In this document: piece after piece, positions 55,768 through 59,231 of the stretch
Layout of the letters: each line of letters opens with the position of its first letter
Position numbering within the stretch: position 1 is the stretch's first letter
Virus record (IMG/VR): IMGVR_UViG_3300040781_000275
Location: 1 to 59,231 of that record
Length of the DNA stretch: 59,231 nt
Direction: 5' to 3' (one strand)
Source of the DNA: a virus
Lineage: Duplodnaviria; Caudoviricetes
Notes under the pieces: model-generated
What the model saw: only the letters and a program-made list of their open reading frames with translations
Databases searched by the model: none
What the model was told of the DNA's origin: nothing
Made by a program: the position numbers and the translations under genes

Positions 55768-58437
55768 CTATATTTTAATTTTCTTTCCGTACCATTCCCA
55801 ATCATAGTGGTCGCCATCAACCTTTAATTCTATTTCTAAAGGTGTTCCTTTGTTTAGAAAAGTTTTCATCTCTTCCATAGCAATTGCGTCAATATAAGGA
55901 CGTTCTTCTAGTGGTGATTCACCTAAAATACCATCATGGATATAAAGTAAAATTCTTGACTTCATACCTTCTTTTTTAAACCTTCTATTTAATCTAATAA
56001 TTGCTGGCTCAAAAATATCATGTGCTCCACCTTGAACAGGTGCGTTCATTGCCTGACGAGATATTTCTTCTTTTAACATCTTAGTGCTCCAAAGACCTTC
56101 AGAAAATGAACTATTAAACCAATCGATTGCGTGGTGAAACCTTCTTTTTCTAACAGATAATAAATTCACATATCCTTCCGTTAGAGCCTTTTCAACTTGC
56201 CCATCTCTCCAAGACTTCATTACACTGTAGATATTAAAATAAGCGTCTACCATTTCCTCTGCTTCATCTATATCAATTTTGAAATCTTTAGCAAATGTAA
56301 TGGCAGTTTTACCGTAGTTAAGACCAAAACCAATTGCTTTCGCATTAGTTCTCTGGTCAACAAAGTTAATGTCAGCTCCGTGAGTTTCTAAGTCTTTTCT
56401 AATCTCATTAATAACATCAGTATCTTTTATTAATGATTCCTTACCATTAGCCACTAACATATGTTCATAGCTAACCCATTTAGGTATTGTTTGGAGTTGG
56501 CTTCCTAAGTCAGCCGCATTAATACAATGCAAATCCATTCCATCCTGAATACGCTGTGTAAGTACAGGGTCATTACTTAAAGAAGCAACTACACATTGTT
56601 CAATCTGACTGTAATCATATTCCCATAATCGCCAATCCTTATTAGTTGGAACAATGGCGTTTCTCATATTAGGTAAGCCCTTAATTGGTCTTGGCCAGAC
56701 TTGCAGAGAGGGTCTATTACATGACCACCTAGAAGTCCTTGGAGTCCAGATATTATAGTTAGCGTGTATTCTGTGACGCTTATCTAAATATTGCAACATC
56801 CCACCTTTTCCGTCTTTACCATCAACGTAGGTTCCTCTAATTTTTGCTAGTTTTTTTGAATTGATAATCAATTGTGGGAACTCTTTCCACTTTTTATATT
56901 TAGTGAACTTCTCTAGCTCTTTAGCAGCTGTAGAATATCCTGATTTGTTTTCCTTAATTTGTAATTTCTTAAATGGATAACCATTTTCAATCATGTGGTT
57001 ATTAATTTGTTTTGGGCTATTAGGATTAAACTCTTCATCACCTGTTATATCAGCTAATTTAGTTAACAGCTTGTTTTGCGTTCTCTGAATAATCCTACTA
57101 GATTTCTTAAATAGTCTTTTATCCGCTTTAACTCCAATATATTCATTTTTAACTAAGTCTCTCAGAGCTGGCATCTTCCTTTTAAACATATGTTTAAATT
57201 GCCCCTCTTTCTTTAGTTCTGTTAGCTGTTTTGCGAATAACTGAAAATCTCCCCAAGTATCTATCCCTAAATATTTCTCAAGAAGTGTGGGTGGTACAAA
57301 CTGATAACTTTTCTTTTTCTTTTCATCCTTATTAATATATGGCCATAGAAGTGTGTCGTATGCGCCATAGTTAATGCCCCTTCTTTCCATAGCAACGTTC
57401 AAACTATGTCCTAAATTCTCGTCAATTAGAGAGTCAGCTATAAGTGTATCAAACCAAAAGTTTCTATATTTAATTCCATTAGCAATTGCAAACTTACTAT
57501 CAAACTTACCATTGTGAAGAATTAACTTTAAATGCTTAAAGTTGTTAACAGTTTTAATTGCTTCTAGTGTTTTATTTCTATTGAACTTTAGAAAGGTATT
57601 AATTTCTTTAGCTCTTTGAACATCTCTCCTATCCCACTTTTTTGTGTGCTCTCTTTTATAAGGCTCTAAGTATAGAATATCTGCCACACCATCTTTTCCA
57701 CAGTAACCAGTGTTTATAATCTTGTCTCTCCAAAAATCAAAACCCGTAGTCTCAAAATCTGTTGCAGCATAATCAACTTCTCTATACTTTTCTACAAAGT
57801 CTTTTAATCCCTGCTTTGATAAAATTACATTTAATTTAGGCTCTTTACTTCTATCAATTACACCTTCTTCTACAAACTTTTTAGCTTTCTTAAAATCGCT
57901 AATCATATCAGGGTTATATACCCACTTATAAAGTGAACCGTGAAGTGACCAAGTTGGAATTATTTTACATTTGAAACTTCTTTCAATGGTTTTACCATTA
58001 ACTTCTTTTTCATAATCTAATTCAAAATCTTTGTGTGTGAAGTGACCTCTAAACTCTCTAACAGAGGTAAAGTCAGAGACAGCTTGAAAAGCCCATTTAC
58101 CCATTGGGATAATAACATCTGGTTTGTGGGTTATTATTTCCTGAAATAAGTATTTTCTACATTCTTCTAAATGCTTCTTTTTAATGTCACTGTTTTCTCT
58201 CGGTTTACACTTTAGAGCATAGGTATAATAAACTTCCTTACGATTGATTCCAGCCTTATCCAAGAGGTAGGAGAACTTCATTTGCCCTTCTCCTGTTAGA
58301 GGTGTGTTTTGGGCATCATCGGTTCTACTCGGTGTTTCCTGAATGAACATATATTTAGTTCTTTTAGGCTTTGAACCACGTCCAAAGATACCAGAATTTC
58401 TACAAGCCTTAGATAAGGCACAATCGTTACAAGCCAT
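55768..58437 (-). CDS. polA: Family A DNA polymerase: UDG family-4-like domain, 3'-5' exonuclease and polymerase
   Basis: CxxC...KCKP...C; exonuclease DFETTG and HNGKFD; motif A DYSQIE, motif B R..AKAIGFGLNYG, NAPVQG, motif C IHD. Confidence 0.93.
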   Translation of the reverse strand: MACNDCALSKACRNSGIFGRGSKPKRTKYMFIQETPSRTDDAQNTPLTGEGQMKFSYLLDKAGINRKEVYYTYALKCKPRENSDIKKKHLEECRKYLFQEIITHKPDVIIPMGKWAFQAVSDFTSVREFRGHFTHKDFELDYEKEVNGKTIERSFKCKIIPTWSLHGSLYKWVYNPDMISDFKKAKKFVEEGVIDRSKEPKLNVILSKQGLKDFVEKYREVDYAATDFETTGFDFWRDKIINTGYCGKDGVADILYLEPYKREHTKKWDRRDVQRAKEINTFLKFNRNKTLEAIKTVNNFKHLKLILHNGKFDSKFAIANGIKYRNFWFDTLIADSLIDENLGHSLNVAMERRGINYGAYDTLLWPYINKDEKKKKSYQFVPPTLLEKYLGIDTWGDFQLFAKQLTELKKEGQFKHMFKRKMPALRDLVKNEYIGVKADKRLFKKSSRIIQRTQNKLLTKLADITGDEEFNPNSPKQINNHMIENGYPFKKLQIKENKSGYSTAAKELEKFTKYKKWKEFPQLIINSKKLAKIRGTYVDGKDGKGGMLQYLDKRHRIHANYNIWTPRTSRWSCNRPSLQVWPRPIKGLPNMRNAIVPTNKDWRLWEYDYSQIEQCVVASLSNDPVLTQRIQDGMDLHCINAADLGSQLQTIPKWVSYEHMLVANGKESLIKDTDVINEIRKDLETHGADINFVDQRTNAKAIGFGLNYGKTAITFAKDFKIDIDEAEEMVDAYFNIYSVMKSWRDGQVEKALTEGYVNLLSVRKRRFHHAIDWFNSSFSEGLWSTKMLKEEISRQAMNAPVQGGAHDIFEPAIIRLNRRFKKEGMKSRILLYIHDGILGESPLEERPYIDAIAMEEMKTFLNKGTPLEIELKVDGDHYDWEWYGKKIKI

Positions 58438-58850
58438 TATTCTTCCGTATCGCCATCTTCAAAGTCTTCAATTAAATCAGCTTCAACTTTGAATTTATCG
58501 TGTTTTGCATACCATTTCTTAACGTCCATTAAACCTAAGAACAATGCTTTCTTTGCTGTATCATGTTCAACAAATTTTCCAGTTCGTACTCTAATATCAG
58601 CCTCTCTAAGGTCTAATACTTTACGAACCCTACTCATAGCCCTTTTAGCTGATTTAGAAAAAGCATCTTTATCTTCTCCAACATCAACTACATCGTCTGC
58701 CCATATTTTTACAGTTGCTTCTTTTTCATTAATTTGTTCTACATCAGTAGAGTATGATAATTCACATCTAATGCTTTCATAGTCTCCGATGTTAATTGTT
58801 CTACTCTCTTTGTAATGAATTCTTTTAGGTAGTCGTTTTGTTTCTTCCAT
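58437..58850 (-). CDS. Hypothetical protein
   Basis: GGAAAGGGAA SD; SRTINIGDYESIR motif; coupled to polA. Confidence 0.65.
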   Translation of the reverse strand: MEETKRLPKRIHYKESRTINIGDYESIRCELSYSTDVEQINEKEATVKIWADDVVDVGEDKDAFSKSAKRAMSRVRKVLDLREADIRVRTGKFVEHDTAKKALFLGLMDVKKWYAKHDKFKVEADLIEDFEDGDTEE

Positions 58851-58862
58851 TTCCCTTTCCTT

Positions 58863-59024
58863 TTAATCGTTATTTTGTTTTTTAATTTCTTCATGAAATT
58901 CATATAAGAAGGATTCTAAATCTATTAAGTCTAATTTATTTAAAATAAACTCAGCTAGAACCTTATTTTTAATTTCAGAAAATTTTAGCTTTTCCTGTGT
59001 TCTTTTTAATTCTTCGTTAATCAT
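58863..59024 (-). CDS. 53-aa ORF missing from the track
   Basis: MINEELKRTQEKLKFSEIKNKVLAEFILNKLDLIDLESFLYEFHEEIKKQNND; AAAGGAGG SD; TAATG coupling; fills the gap between genes. Confidence 0.65.
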   Translation of the reverse strand: MINEELKRTQEKLKFSEIKNKVLAEFILNKLDLIDLESFLYEFHEEIKKQNND

Positions 59025-59231
59025 TAAAACCCTCCTTTAGGTTTTTTCTTTTTCTTACCTTTCATTAGTTCGTCAATAACTTCTCCATATAGCTGCCCTC
59101 TCTCACTAAACAGTGACCGAGTTTCGTGGAAAGCTAAAACCGTCTTTCCTCCTGAATGCCAACGAGAAGTAACCTTTACATCGGTTTGTGGAGACTTAGA
59201 ACCGTCTGTAGCCCCTTCTTCCATTTCATCC
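59024..59231 (-). CDS. 3' end of a gene truncated by the window edge, possibly a DnaB-like helicase
   Basis: Frame is open to the window edge; DVKVTSRWHSGGKTVLAF...SLFSE loosely resembles the C-terminal strands of SF4 helicases. Confidence 0.35.
   Translation of the reverse strand, partial: DEMEEGATDGSKSPQTDVKVTSRWHSGGKTVLAFHETRSLFSERGQLYGEVIDELMKGKKKKKPKGGF

Noticed and set aside
49073-58437. Firm call of a 2-aminoadenine (Z) or uracil genome
   Set aside because: No purZ, datZ or other modification genes are in the window; PolA deviations plus MazG are not enough.
1-59231. Stop-codon reassignment
   Set aside because: Genes tile densely in the standard code, and TAA, TAG and TGA all end genes at sensible boundaries.

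Overview
This is a 59-kb, AT-rich, gene-dense piece of a large contractile-tailed (myovirus-type) phage genome in the standard genetic code. Positions 1-43647 (+) hold a T4-like morphogenesis module: prohead core proteins, a gp21-type protease fused to a scaffold, a gp23-type capsid, neck proteins, small putative internal head proteins, sheath, tube, a gp26/gp51-like chaperone region, tape measure/hub, baseplate, and about 20 kb of modular fibre/decoration genes. Positions 45034-59231 (-) hold a replication/recombination module: family A DNA polymerase with an N-terminal UDG-like domain, UvsY-like protein, gp32-like SSB, UvrD, RecA, Mre11/Rad50, MazG, RuvC-like resolvase, cold-shock protein and an NAD-ligase C-terminal half. 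A junction with a lone HTH gene and a repeat-rich intergenic element separates the two arms. Best observations: (1) one gap-free 70-aa module inserted into four different virion proteins, splitting host motifs; (2) a candidate UUU_CGU +1 frameshift joining the hub chaperone to an ORF missing from the track; (3) an inverted-repeat-bracketed, helically phased element next to an HTH gene (origin/operator candidate); (4) a PolA with a remodelled UDG pocket and deviant polymerase motifs; (5) a shared M-[KS]-L-A-E-[KQ] motif in the scaffold and small head-region proteins. All calls come from reading motifs by eye. No database search was run, so novelty is untested. No tRNA, rRNA, CRISPR array, integrase or reverse transcriptase was seen.
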